From Macrostomum lignano (Eukaryota): a stretch of DNA of 64,000 nucleotides. Position 1 is the stretch's first letter. Each line of letters starts with the position of its first letter. The position numbers and the translations under genes are program-made. The stretch is from positions 1 to 64,000 of the forward strand of contig NIVC01003145.1 in the NCBI GenBank assembly GCA_002269645.1, written 5' to 3'. This document shows, in pieces, positions 1 through 13,712 of the stretch. The notes beneath the pieces are model-generated. The model saw only the letters and a list, made by a program, of their open reading frames with translations, had not been told where the DNA came from and did no database searches.

Positions 1-558
1 AATTTTTTTAAATGAAATAAATTTTTTAAAGTAACACTAAATCTTAAAGTGTGGCCCTAATTATATATGTAAGTTGTAACTACTGAAAAAATAGTTACAA
101 CCATTTTTTCGATACATATTGGCCATACTTTGTTATAAGGTAAACATTATATAGCCTTATTAAATGTGTAATTAAACGACTTGAAAATAAATAAAATTCT
201 AACAATAAGTGAAGACAAAAACATAGGAAAATTCTAATAATATAAAATGTGTAATAATCTATAACTTTGAATACTTATAGATACAGCAATAAATATAATT
301 GTGGTCGCACTTTAAAATTGTTTTACTCTTATTAAAAAAATTAATTAATATTATAATTTTTTTTTAATTAAAAAACTTAAAAAGTTCAAGATGCAAAAAT
401 TTTTGTCTGCTAAAAAATTCAAATTAAAAAAACTTCAACCACTTGAGATTTGAACCTTTCTACACACAATCACAAGGCAATTGACATATCCACTAAGCCA
501 CCATTTGCTTATGAGGAACCCTATAGAACATGCATTTTATATTGATGATTATAGCTGT

Positions 559-1742
559 CAGTGTTGGGCACCAGTCTATTAATAAATGTTAATCTGTTAA
601 TAAGCGTTAATAAGCATTAAGATTTTTCATTAACGTTAACGGACTGTCGTTAAGATTTTTTTAACTAATGGATTAACGAATTTGCGTTAAAAGTTTTGTG
701 AATTAACGATGAATTCATTGTTAACGGTAGTGTCTATGTCAATGACCAAAGACGCAAAGAAGGAACAAAAAATAGAAGTCTTACAAGAAGTTTAAACATT
801 ACGAATGTATTTGAGCTTACCTATATGCCTAAATATAATCTCTTTATTTATGACGATGATCATACAAATGTATATGTAATTAACAACTTCTTACAAATAA
901 ACTTTAAAATAATGAATTAAAATAGTGTGAAACTTTATTTCTTGCGCGTGAACATCAATTGCTTTGATTCACTTCTGTCCCAATCTTTCGCAACTTTTTG
1001 CTGCGCCTGCTAATGGTACTAAAACAACCTTCCTATGCGTATTTAATTATGAATTTCTTGCTATTAGCTTTTAAGTTTCAAATAAAATAAGTTACTTTTT
1101 TTACCATATGCTTTACTTTTAGTAGTATTATGCATGCAAATTTTTAAAATGATTATTTATTACTTTTTTAGCTTTCAAATCGCTTAGATAACCTCTGTGT
1201 TTTGCTAAAAAGATGGAATAGCAAACCTGATTGCAGCGCATGGGCATTTTGGCGACGGCGTCCGGCGTGGATCAGCCTGCGCAGCGCAGCATTGGTGTGG
1301 ACCAGGGGTAAGTCGCAAAAATGCCACCCCATAGAATACGGGCGTAGTACTAATTAGATGCCAAGGCATTTAGGCTTGATAGGACAGTCATAGTTACTCC
1401 TGCCGTTTACCCAAAACTGCGTTAATTTTGCTTTAGGGTTTCTTTCACAGGTAAGTCATTTCACAGCGTGGCGCAGGTTGTGTAGGCGTCTGGTGTACTT
1501 AAGCCATGCGCTGCAATAGGGATAGCAAAGATGTGCAATATGAAGTCTCTTTTGGAAAAAACATGCAAGTTTCCGTATTTTCTGTGTTAACTTTAACGGA
1601 TTAATGCTTATTAATGATTATCAGTTAATTTTCAATTAAATTAATGAAATTAAGAGTTAAAAAGTTAAGATTTTTTTGTTTTAACGCTAACGCTTTTGCT
1701 ATTAACGGAAGTTAAGATTTTCATTAACGGTGCCCAACACTG
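559..1742. mobile_element. Non-autonomous hAT-like DNA transposon
   Basis: Perfect 14-bp TIR CAGTGTTGGGCACC (559-572) / GGTGCCCAACACTG (1729-1742), with subterminal TTAACG-type repeats. Weak hAT C-terminal-like relic on the minus strand near 930-1050 (EGCFS...; QLMFTRKN). TSD degraded (ATAGCTGT vs ATAGGCCC). Confidence 0.65.
1226..1521. mobile_element. MITE nested in the hAT-like element
   Basis: 18-bp imperfect TIR CCTGATTGCAGCGCATGG / CCATGCGCTGCAATAGGG and a perfect 8-bp TSD ATAGCAAA (1218-1225, 1522-1529). Confidence 0.8.
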
Positions 1743-2366
1743 ATAGGCCCCCTAGCTGTGCCTATAAGCTCTAATATTATAGACACAGCCACCATGCCTA
1801 TAAGCTCCATACTTATAGACAGCTGCCATGCCTATAAATACTCTACATTATTTTTATTAGTATAAGTGGTTAGTGGATATCTAGCTATTATATATGCATT
1901 GTATTGCATTAGGCCTTATATTGAGTTGTAGGCCTGCCACTTAGTTGAAATAAGTTACAAGTACAAATATTAATAAAAAGTAAAAAATCAACAATTTTTT
2001 ATTAATAGGCCTTAATATTATCACAGATTTTGTAATAGGGGGCCTAGGCTTATCTAAGACTAAGAGCAAAGAAAGTCAAAGAGTCAAAGAAACTTGAAAG
2101 ATGAAATGACAATTGTTGACTAGGCCTAATATAGGCCCTATTGTCTTGATATTTAAAAGGGAATTAGTAAGCCAAGGCCTAAACTTGTCAACTATTTTTC
2201 ACCAACTGGCCTAGGCCTAGCTGTATCCTAGGCCTAGCTGTATCCTAGGTCCTACCCTAGCATATGGTATATTTATTTGTAAATTTGTAACTTAGTCAAT
2301 TAGTAAATTCCTAAGTATAGTACATTTAAGTACAATATGGGCCTTCTGTTTCAGTGCACAAATAAA

Positions 2367-2609
2367 GGCAAACTCCTAGTTTGCTGCGTTGAATTTTTTT
2401 ACAATGTATCTTCATGGATTGTGGGCACAAGTGAAGGACAAGTTCCGGAAAATGCATGGCACAAGTGACGCACTATTCGAGACTCACCTGAACAAGTAGG
2501 CCCTATCTCTGGCGCCGCCTCTTCCCGGAGAAGACGTTTGGCAACTTTCTCTACTTTTAAAAGGTTTTAAATGTAAAAATAATTTAATGCAGCAAACTAG
2601 GAGTTTGCC
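2367..2609 (+). mobile_element. Merlin (IS1016/IS1595-like) internal-deletion derivative
   Basis: 29-bp TIR GGCAAACTCCTAGTTTGCTGC(G/A)TT(G/A)AATT and 8-bp TSD CAAATAAA. The interior encodes GLWAQVKDKFRKMHGTSDALFETHLNK* then YLWRRLFPEKTFGNFL, matching my recollection of the Merlin transposase C-terminus. Confidence 0.75.
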
Positions 2610-3445
2610 CAAATAAAATATAGGCCTATTCATAAAACCAATGAGCCAAGCCATGGATCATTTTAATGGCTTTTAGGCACAAGTATGCATAGGCCTCTAA
2701 CAATTGTCACGCAATATAACAATTGTCATTCATAGGATGCAATGCGACAACTGTCACGTGACATGAAAATTGTCAATTGTGACAATGTCAATAGTGACAA
2801 TGCTTTAACTGTCGCTGGATTACCTATCGATGGAATGTCTTTTCGCCAGATATACTGGATACTAGTCCCAGACAGCAGAGCAGCAGTCTGCAGTCTGCCA
2901 TGTACAAAAATGATAAAATAAAAGATACAATAAAATTTAAAAAAAACAATAAAACTAAGAGTAAGACTGCTAAGTAAGTAAGAGATATAATGAAGTTACA
3001 GTAACCATGATCTAAAGTATTTAAATAAATTAATGTAAAACACGCAGAAACTTATGTCCGTAAGTCTATGTCAGCAATAACTAAAAAAAAGTTGAGATTC
3101 TCAGCGAAAAACCTTATGAAGTGAATTGTGTAAATATGTTACAATAGCTAATATTTTTTGTTAAAGCGAGAAGTACGCTTAAATTGATTTAAAATTGTAA
3201 AAAAATGCTGACATTTTAATATGGTTACCCGCATAGAAAATGGAAGCGGGCCAGCTATCTCGTCAGTGTGCCGTGCGGATAAGCAGAAAATTATTCCCAC
3301 GGTACCGTTGGAATAAGACAGAAATTATTCCTATGGTACCGTGGGGATAAGCACTGCCATTAAATTAGTATTAGTATTACTAGTATTATTATTAGTACTA
3401 TTATTATTAGTATTTACTACTGCCTAGTAAACCCAAATTCCAAAA

Positions 3446-3590
3446 ACCTGTAACTTTCACCGACACATTTTCAGACATATCTTCCGACACCTTTTTAAGA
3501 CACTTAAAGTGTCGGTGTCAAAAAATGTCGGAAATTGTTGGAACCTCAGAAGATGTGTCTGAAAATGTGTCAAAAAAGTAATAGGTTTAG
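3446..3590. mobile_element. Small foldback/MITE-like palindrome
   Basis: GACACATTTTCAGACATATCTTC is inverted against GAAGATGTGTCTGAAAATGTGTC; outer arms AAACCTGTAACTTT / AAAGTAATAGGTTT. Confidence 0.5.
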
Positions 3591-4041
3591 CTATAACATT
3601 TTTTATTGAGCCTAGCCCTAACTGATTTCTATGCCTATATGGCTAGGCCTATAGGCTAAAAGCCTAAATGTCATTTTTTAGCTTTTTTATTCCTTGCCAT
3701 ATGATGTATTGATCAAGAACCTATTGTAGCCAAAATGGTCACATGAATGGTCACATACGCTAGGTCACATGAAGCCTAGACTATATAAGACCACAGAAAA
3801 CATTTTGTCAATCCTCTAATTTTGCATGTTTAGAAACTTTAGCCTTAGGCCTAATTATTTTTTTCAAATAATAGTAGCTTATTTAATAGTTTCCATTTCC
3901 ATAAGTAAATATTTGAACTTGCACAAGTATAAGACATGGTAGTAGATTGATTTTATGTCCATATTTACTAAGCTTAGGCCTAGTTTGAAATGGCAAAAAC
4001 CTACAATTGCTCCTTTTTTAAAGAAACTGGCTATATAGGCC

Positions 4042-5603
4042 CAGGGACAACTAAAACTACCGGGATGCAAATTAAGCCAAATCATGGTGAAAAAAGTTGG
4101 GGGCTCGTTTGAAAGCAGTGTTCTATGGCCAGGCTTTTCCAACTACAACTCTTCAGTCTAAAAGATGTGAGGGCAAATAAAAAGCCCTCATCTCTTGTGC
4201 GACTGTGAAAAATGTCGAGAAAGTGCAGCATCTTTAACTGCAGATCAAACTAACTCAGAAGAAAGCCAAACAACAATATTTACTCTTCCTTGAGATGCAC
4301 AAGAATGGGAACATTGGAGACAAACCCTACCAAATATTTTTGAGGTAAGAAAGATGTTAATTCTAAGCAATCATACGCTGGTATGCATGGATGAATTTAT
4401 TATAAACTAATTGTTAAAAATAACCACTGCGATAAAACTTACCATTCTAAAAAGTGACTGAACACATAGACATATGCCAAAAGCACTGGCTAGTGACACC
4501 CCATGTGAAAGAATGGTCAACATGAAAGACCGAAAGATCCGCCTTCTAGCTTTCCCTTTTTGTGCTTGATACAGACAAACAGACAGACAGTTTTTATTTA
4601 CCCTAAACTTCTCCATTCGCGTATTCATTATGCATATGCCAGTTTTGATTCAAGACTTGCAACAATTGGCAAACCAAATCCAATGGCAATGGAACCCTAA
4701 CTATTCAACCGCGAGGTGCAGATAGTTAGGCCCTATATTAGCCAAATGGATAGATGTGATTCGACTGTACAAATCAGAAGAATATCACATTGTCAAATAA
4801 ACGGAATTAACCCACGTAGCTTGCTACTTGTATCCTTCAGTTCTAGCTAGCATATAGAAAAATGAAAGTAACACTCGCTCTCCAAGTCTTTAATGAAAAG
4901 GTTGTTGCAGCACTGAAGTGTGACGGCTCCATAGACACGGCAGTATAAGTCGTCGGCTTACGATCATGTTTATTTTAAAGGCCTGGTAAAACGCATTCTG
5001 TCTTTGGAGTTTCAAATTTTTCAATCCGAAATCTTTCATATCTAACTGCTTCTCATCTGGGTTCCTCCTAAAATTTGTTCTGTTTAGTCCTGATTTTCTG
5101 TGTTCTATTCTATGAGTACAAGTTGCCATATACTTTTGTACACACACCATTTTATGCTATTAAACTTTTTTCTCTTATGCTTATCTCACATGCTTAAATA
5201 TATGTAATTTTTGCTTAGTACCCCAGTTTTTCCTATATAGTATACAGGTCCCTCTATAAGTTCCTCCTCAAATAAGTTATGTTCAGTTCCGTTCCACAAT
5301 ATATACACCATGCTAAGTTTAAACCTTTTCTTCATGAATAACTCACATGTCTAATTGTATGTCATTGTGCTCTGTATGGCCGTTTTTTAGTACTAAAAAA
5401 ACATTTAAAACTGAATAAAAAACCTTTTAGACAACTTACTGAACCTTTTAAAGCAAAAATAATACTGTAGCCTTTAGTCTTTTCAGCAGCTAAGCTAAGC
5501 ATTTAATGCATGAAAAATTGGGCACCCATAGACTCAAACAAGCCCCCAACTTTTTTGCCATGATTTGGCTTATTTTGCATCCTAGTAGTTTAAGTTGTCT
5601 CTG
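4042..5603 (+). mobile_element. Degenerate P-element (THAP9-like transposase) relic
   Basis: Long imperfect TIRs starting CAGGGACAAC / ending GTTGTCTCTG, flanked by the direct repeat ATATAGGCC. Frameshifted transposase motifs FKTCNNWQ, AKWIDVIRLY (from 4741) and KMKVTLALQVFNEKVVAAL (4859-4915). Confidence 0.75.
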
Positions 5604-7551
5604 ATATAGGCCTAAGACTGAGATTCTAAGAGATTTCTTGCCTTGCTTACTTTTTTAAACAATTTTAATTGGCTGCATTTTTGGACCTTAACAACCTAGA
5701 TGTCCATGCTAATACAAATACAATTAAAGGTACATGGGCCTATACTAAGCTGATTAAGGCCTCATTCATGGCCATTGATGGCATATCCAAAGGCCCAAAT
5801 CCCTATTTAATACCTATCTAGATAAGTTTCTATGGTACTATTGCCACTTGCAAAACACCTTTTGGCAATATATTTTTCTATGTAGTGCACTATTATAATA
5901 TCTAGTGCAACCAAATATGACACAACAAACTTGCTATTATTAAACTTAATTATAACTGTGTTTAGAATTTGTTGAATTTTTGAAAAATAATTAAATGTGC
6001 AAAAGTAAAGGACTGTCAACATTTTATATATATGCTATTATTCTTTAAGCTAATAAAAGAAAAGAGATTGCGAGCATTTTCATTAGAACAACATGTTTTG
6101 CCTAACTTTAGGCATCATTGGGCAGATTGGAATTTATTTAATTTAAGTCAAAATGTAGAGTATAAATACATTTCAGTGGCAGATAGTCAGTGATGCACAA
6201 AATTGTAATAACAAAACATGGGGGAGAGTCAACAGATCAAAACTGAGACAGACAGAGAAAGAGAGAGAGAGAGCCGGGTAGTGGGTGTACGTTAGAACAC
6301 TCTTAGGAGAGCACTGGCCCCGGAATAACCCAACTGTTTATTTGAAGTTGGTTGCCAGTTTTTAATGTACATAGCTTAATGTAAATAGCTTCATTTTCTG
6401 AACAAGGATTTCCTTGTATAGAAAATTTTCTTCTCTCCTAATTGCTAAGACAAAAACTAAGGGCTCTTTATTCAGTTTAAAAAATACATTACTTATATAA
6501 TAGTAAAGTTATTATAAAGCTGACTTGATTTCAACTTCCTTTAAATGCCACCAAAAGTTATGATAAAGGTTTATTCTTTCTATTTATTTCACTTACTGCT
6601 AGTATCAAAAGTTATATAAGAGATTAACCACAAATTTGTTTGCTATCCTTCTGTTGGCTTATTTTTTGTAGAAAGTCATTTCTTTTGCCAATTTGGTCAT
6701 TTCATTTGCCATTAAATTTTTAGGTTAATTATAGTAAAATTCTCTGATAATTCTAATTTAGTGGCACCAAGTTGCATTTGACCTGTAATTTTTGAGTTGG
6801 TGCATATCATATGCAAATCATTAATAAGGTTATCCTTAGAAATAAAACAATATGACTTAATCACAAGTCTAGCCACAACAAATCTTTGTAGTTTTGGCTG
6901 TATTTCTAAGAATAGCTCCAGCTCTGTAAGGTTATTTAGAATCATATGGCAATACTTATATAGGAAGAAGCATGCAATTCTTCATTCAGAGTTGCTTTTT
7001 ATAGTTATTAAGCCACTGTTATAAGAAAAATCTATCTTGCACCTGAATGCGCCGGCCCCAGACACGGCGCCAGCCCAGGACGCGCCGGCCCAGTTCCAAG
7101 AATAGAAAGATTGTTTTATAATACTTATCAGTAGTTTTAACTTATTGGCTAGTGCTATAGCATATAACAAAGCACTAATTGCTAAATATAGGTCTTATAG
7201 ATCTTTGATAGTCACATTAATCGCCACATTAATGACAGCTTATTGTGGTCACAATGGAAGGTTACATGCAATACTGATGTTTAACAACTTGATAGTCACA
7301 AAATCGATTGCTTTTGAGACTTTTATCAATTTTTAAATTTTAACAATCTGTAAGCATGAAGTCTGTAGGTTTCTAACCAAACTGTGGGTCAGAGGCTCAG
7401 CAGTATAAAGAGATGATGCTTGATTTGATTTTAAACTTTTTGACTAAAGCCTGCAGCAATTCTGATGCTTAACTAAACCCAGATTGTTTGTTTTTAAGAC
7501 AACAAATAATCACCCATTCAATCCCGCAGCAATTTTGCTAAATTCTCTTAA

Positions 7552-7968
<417 letters not shown>

Positions 7969-9408
7969 AAAGGCTCAGTTGCACAGCTTTTGACAAGTGC
8001 GCTCTGTGACGCTAAGTTTCTTTTATTCTCGCTTCTTAACTAATATTTTAATCTGTTTTTCCTTGTGGTCTCTATTTAAAAAAAATTCAAGCATGTTCTG
8101 CATCTCTTGTACTATATTGCCATTGTTTAATAATGTTTCAATTGACTGTTCGTGTTAGTTCAACTCTCTATCCTGTTCTCTTGTTGGTTTTGAACAAGTT
8201 TAACTATTCAGCCAAAATTAACGGTTTATTGAATTCCGGGAAATTCCTTCGTTTATTTTTATTGAGTTATTTTTTAATACAATTCTGTCGCTAATTAGTT
8301 AGGTATTATAATAAATATAGTCACAATTTATTGGCAGCTTCTGTCTTAAAAATATTCATTAAATATCAAAATATTTGCTTAGCATTATCGTCTAATATAT
8401 TATCATTGTCTACTGTGTTTAAAAAACACCTATTTTATTTTAAAATACACGTTACTAAAAATAACTAAATAGTTTAGGCTGCTCTTTTTCGTTTTTATAA
8501 TCGTTCTAAACTATTGATTTAGTTTCTAACCAAATGTTTTTCATTTCAACAAAAATAGCTTTTAGTGATTAGGAAGTTCTTTTTGTGCTTAGTATTTCGA
8601 TCTGAATTGTAAAAAATTCTCAGAAAATCTCATGTCACTACTTATTTGGGTAATTATACACATTTTTCATCTTATCGTACTTGAAAATATTGCACAATAT
8701 TGTGAAACAATGACTCACCTTGTTTTGCAATAGCTAAACCATTTAAATAGGTTTAAGTTGTTTTGATTACCGGCTCCGTGATCTAGATTGTGTCTTATCT
8801 AAAAAGGCGTAAAACTTCAATACACTACTTATTTGTGTAGTATTAAGCGCATTTTTACACTCATTTAGTATAGTCGCGATAAGATATTGTACCCACCCAT
8901 TGTGTGAATTTCGACTTGCTAGTGACGTGATCCGTGCATAGGCAAAGGCTAAACTATTTGACTTCACAACTATATGTCTGAGGTAGTTAAGTGCATCTTC
9001 ATTATAATCTATCGCTTAAATTACATTAAACCATCGCTCCATATATCTAAGAAATAAAAGTTCTCTTTGTCTAACACAAGTTTCTATTTTGTTTTAGGTT
9101 CTAAAGACACAAAAATTGGCACAACCACATTACACTACTTATTTGGGTAGTAGTAAGGGCATTTTTCGGTAAATTTTTATTAATGTGCAAAATTATTGCA
9201 CCATATTGGGCAATACCGTGAATCCGTGCACTTTGATTGAAGCTAAACCGGTTCTGATATGAAAGTCTTATATTGAAGGCTTTACACTGTATTTCAAATA
9301 GTTTGAAGAGGGAATTTTACAACATTTAGAGAGGAAAGTCAGTATCAGTTATTGTCATATAGGTCCATTTTCGGACACTATCATCCTGTCTCGTTTCGAT
9401 CTTGAGCC

Positions 9409-9891
<483 letters not shown>

Positions 9892-9899
9892 CTACCCTT

Positions 9900-9975
9900 A
9901 AAGACTTTGTTAAGTCTTTACCTTCCTGCTGTGCGCCTGCTGATTGGTCAGGCTGGTTGTCGACCAATGAGAAAT
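9900..9975 (-). promoter_or_regulatory. CCAAT-box promoter region of the H3 variant
   Basis: CTGATTGG (about 9939-9946) and ACCAATGAG (about 9963-9971), 120-150 bp upstream of the ATG. Function inferred from position. Confidence 0.45.
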
Positions 9976-10301
9976 AGCCCCGACCAAAGTCGGAGGGATG
10001 GAAGGCCAACTCTTGCCGTATGCAGTGTACATTGATTTCGATAGTAATTTTCCATGACTTAAGTTTTTCTTTTTACTAATAGTACGAGTAGTTTAAAAGT
10101 TTGTTCAGCATACATATCTTGTAAGGATAAACAAACTGCTAGTAACGGAATGTTAATATGTCGCTTTTTAAATCTGTCTAAATCTGTCAAGGGGGAATTG
10201 CTGAGATGCCAATTAGGCTCAAGAGAGAGTTGCTGAGATGCTTAATGGGGAGAGTGTGATGCTGCTAATAAAGAACGAACGTTTTTTAAAGCACGAGAAA
10301 T

Positions 10302-10598
10302 CCCGCAGGAGATTTGCCCGCCGAGAATTGCCCGCAGTGCAATTTCCCCGCAAGTGAATTGCCCGCAAAGCTTTCTTCCTGCAGCGCATTTGGCCACGCG
10401 ACAGATTTTGTCTGCATTGCCTCTCCAATGCTTAGTAAGACTTAATAAAGAGATTTACACGATCAAAACGTTTTGATAGTAGCTGCATATCAAATGCAGA
10501 TTTTTTGGGGGGGGGCATTGCAGACAGAATCCAGCTGCCAAATACGCTGCAGGAAAAAAGCATTGCCGGCAAACCTCGGCGGGCAATTCGCTCGCGGG
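10302..10598. mobile_element. Foldback MITE with long degenerate TIRs
   Basis: CCCGCAGGAGATTTGCCCGCCGAG...GCTTTCTTCCTGCAGCGCATTTGGC is mirrored by GCCAAATACGCTGCAGGAAAAAAGC...CTCGGCGGGCAATTCGCTCGCGGG. No clear TSD. Confidence 0.65.
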
Positions 10599-10604
10599 CT
10601 CAAG

Positions 10605-11316
10605 CGGAGATCAAGCAGTCTTGATCTCCTGAAAGGTCGCCATGTCGATTACATTGCAGCTGGCGCCACTGTCGACGAGGGCTTCCAGCCGCTTGCCATT
10701 GATTGAGACTGTCAGCAGCGGCAGTTTGTCTGTAGCCAGAGAGAACACCTCATCGTTGCTCGGTAGATTGCTGAAGCTTTCCGGGTCCTACCGCCTTTGA
10801 TCATCAAAGGATGTGCACGCGGTCTCTTGAGTTTCGCTTGGACATGCAGGCCTGGGCAAGGTGTCTCGGTTTGTTACAGATGCTGCAGGATTCCCTATGG
10901 CCGCATCGAATGAGGCAGTCCCGCAGATCTCTGAAGTCGCAACTCTCTGCTGCCTTGTACACAGTCGACTGACCCAGTTGTCAATGCTCTGGGTTGGGCT
11001 GCTGCACGCTGCAGTTTCGGAATTCATACCTGGAGAACACGATACTGTTGCGATTGGTGAAGTGATCCTTGAATGACTTGATGAGTGACTCGATGATGTC
11101 TCCAGTGTTGCTCAGCTACTTGTACAGTTCGGCAGAGCAGAACTTGCCTCTGTTGCGCGGGTCCTTGACTCCTGCAGCCTGAATGAAGCACAAGAATTGC
11201 GATGACCAGTCTTCCCAGCGCGAAGCAAGAGTGTGAGGTTCGCAGTTGACATCAAATGGCTCGGGTGGGGGGGGGGTAGTTGCAGTTGGACAGCCATTGC
11301 TTTGCTTGCGACGCCA
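10605..11316 (-). mobile_element. Truncated Ty3/Gypsy-type LTR retrotransposon gag-protease relic
   Basis: Frameshifted gag (PPPEPFDVNCEPHTLASRWEDW; VFSRYEF; AESCDFRDLRDCLIR), CCHC knuckle CSICNKPRHLAQAC (10846-10887), aspartic protease LVDSGASCNVI (DSG at 10665-10673), and a PBS-like TGGCG about 15 nt upstream of the gag ATG. Confidence 0.88.
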
Positions 11317-12659
11317 ATGCAGTAATCGACGCGAGGCCAGTAGAATTCGCTGAATTAGTTTGGTGTACATTACAAATTGACAAGGGCGCAAGGTAGAATA
11401 GAGAACAGCACTAACGGTACTTGTTTTATGTTTGATGAAATACATAACTGAAATCGAAACAAATCTTTTTACTACCAAGGCGGGAATAAAATGTACAAGC
11501 CTCAACTGCTGGACATCCTCAGCTAGACTCTCAAGCGTTCCGTCACCACCCCGACGCCGTCGGCACCCTTTAACAGATGGCACCGACTATGGACACCCTG
11601 TTGCGATGACTGAATGCTTGAGAGACTAGCTGAGTATGTCCAGCAGCTGAGGTTTGCCGGTTTGCCCACTGTCGCGGCTTGATCAGCAAAATCAGAGAAA
11701 TTCGCATCAGGGCGTCCATAGTCACATGGTGTCACCTGCTGAAGGTCCAGAAGCTCCGCCTGAGTGAAGGTCAGTGACCAACGAAGTCAGAGGCAGAGCT
11801 GATGCAGACACGTGTGATCGACGTGTTGATGAAATTTAAAAGCTTGGCAAGGCTGCACTGAGGCGCAGTGCTAATTGGCGCACATGGGTTTACGAGCTAT
11901 TGAATGCACTAGCGCTTAATATTATAAAAGTCCCACCTTCTGTCAGAATTGTTGTTTATCTCGACGGTCCCGAGGGCTGGCGACTTGATTCTTGTTTAAG
12001 AAAGTGCGCAACAAAAAGTTAGCCCGTGTGCCTGCGTTGCTTTGTTCCTGAGATTAAGTATTTCTACTGTTAATCTTGCTCATATTTAAAAAATGACATG
12101 TTTCATTGCTTAATTGCAAAAACTGGAATGCTGCGAACAAACCGTAGACCGTCTTGAGTCATTTCCGTAACGCAGCAGAAATAAGAACTCAACCGGTTTA
12201 AACCGGATTATCGGGCTAAAAAATACACAAAATCTCACGTGATCCGCGTGAGATTGCGCGGCATGACGAAATTTCTCGACAGTGTTGATAAAAAACTCTG
12301 GAAAATTCAGACTACACTACTCAAATAAGTAGACACTAAAGAATATTTACTACTTTTTATCTTCTATGCAGTTTGCCTACATTTTAGAAATCGGAGTTTC
12401 ACACAATTTGTGAGGCAAATAAAACAAAACGTCAAGCGTCGTCGCAATTTAATTAGATTAGAATATTTATCTATTCATTAATTATTTATTGCGCACAGTC
12501 AATAGAGACGTTCAGTAACTACAATTACACACAATGCTTCTATTAGATTGGTGCTAACCACAGATACTAGAATAACTATACTAGATATTCAATTTGTAAA
12601 GAATACGCTCATTTTATATTTTTCTAAATTGGCTTTTATAGTAGGAAATGTAAGATATG

Positions 12660-12862
12660 CTCTCTCATTGGCTGATTTAGATTGAGGCCGAGTTTCGTCC
12701 GTCTGGTTTTAAATTCTTTCCTTACTGCTCTCTGATTGGCTGGGCTAGATTGGGCCTGGCCCCTAGGCTGAGTTTCGTCCGTCTGACTTTGACTTCTCTC
12801 CTTACTGCTCTCTGATTGGCTGAGCTAGATTGGGCCTGCCCCAAGGCCGAGTTTCGTCCGTC
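12660..12862. promoter_or_regulatory. Triplicated ~80-bp CCAAT-rich module
   Basis: GAGTTTCGTCCGTC at 12690, 12770 and 12849, with several (CTG)ATTGG boxes. The repeat is seen directly; the regulatory role is inferred. Confidence 0.45.
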
Positions 12863-13625
12863 TTGCGTTCACTTGTGTACATCGATTTAAATGCTTTGCT
12901 GTTCATTTTTAACCCCGTATACTTCAGAGGCCACAAACCCCGACGAAGGAAATGGAACTTTTAGCTGCTATATTAAATTTAAATGGCACTACGCAGACAA
13001 ACTACTGAAAACAGAGTAGACGCTTTAGTTTTTCACAAATGTAATTGCGAGTGACATCTAGTTATTCTAGTATCTGTAATGCTAACAGGAAAACAAACTA
13101 GGCGCGCACACAAATAGATAGGAGAAAGGAAATAACCGGAACTGCACACCAATTAAACTGTAATAAACTATATGCATATATGTATAGATAACTAATTTAG
13201 ACATTGATTGATAATTGGTAGGCAAGGAAAACAATGAAACTGAAATTTGCCGCTGTAAAAGGAGATGAGCAATATACTACAATGTTCTATGCACTAAGCT
13301 CTTATTATTTGCACTCATTACAGTATACTCGTACAATAAAATTTCACAGATGTTTCAGAACGAGTCATGCAGGCAGATTTAATGAGTTCAATCTAAAATT
13401 ATGCAAATTTAATATATAAGCTTCTATTTATATATCAGCGATTGCAAAACGGAATATTTTCTAGTTTAAAACACTCTTTGATAAACTTGTGTTCTAAAAA
13501 ATGTGACAATAGGAGCTGAATAGGCAACATAGTGACGGGGTGAATAAATAGAAAGACGAAAAGGTCTTTTTATTAATAAACTAAAACAGTAAAAATATAA
13601 TATTTGGGGCATGCAGTTAAATAGA

Positions 13626-13668
13626 CAGGTAAGATAGAAAGACAGACAGATAGACAGACAGACAGACG

Positions 13669-13712
<44 letters not shown>

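Noticed and set aside
437-502. tRNA-like A/B boxes on the minus strand
   Set aside because: Too degenerate to fold; at most a decayed SINE head.
7969-8000. Histone 3' stem-loop (AAAAGGCTCAGTTGCACAGCTTTT)
   Set aside because: It does not match the 6-bp stem / 4-nt loop SLBP consensus, and no downstream purine-rich HDE is evident.
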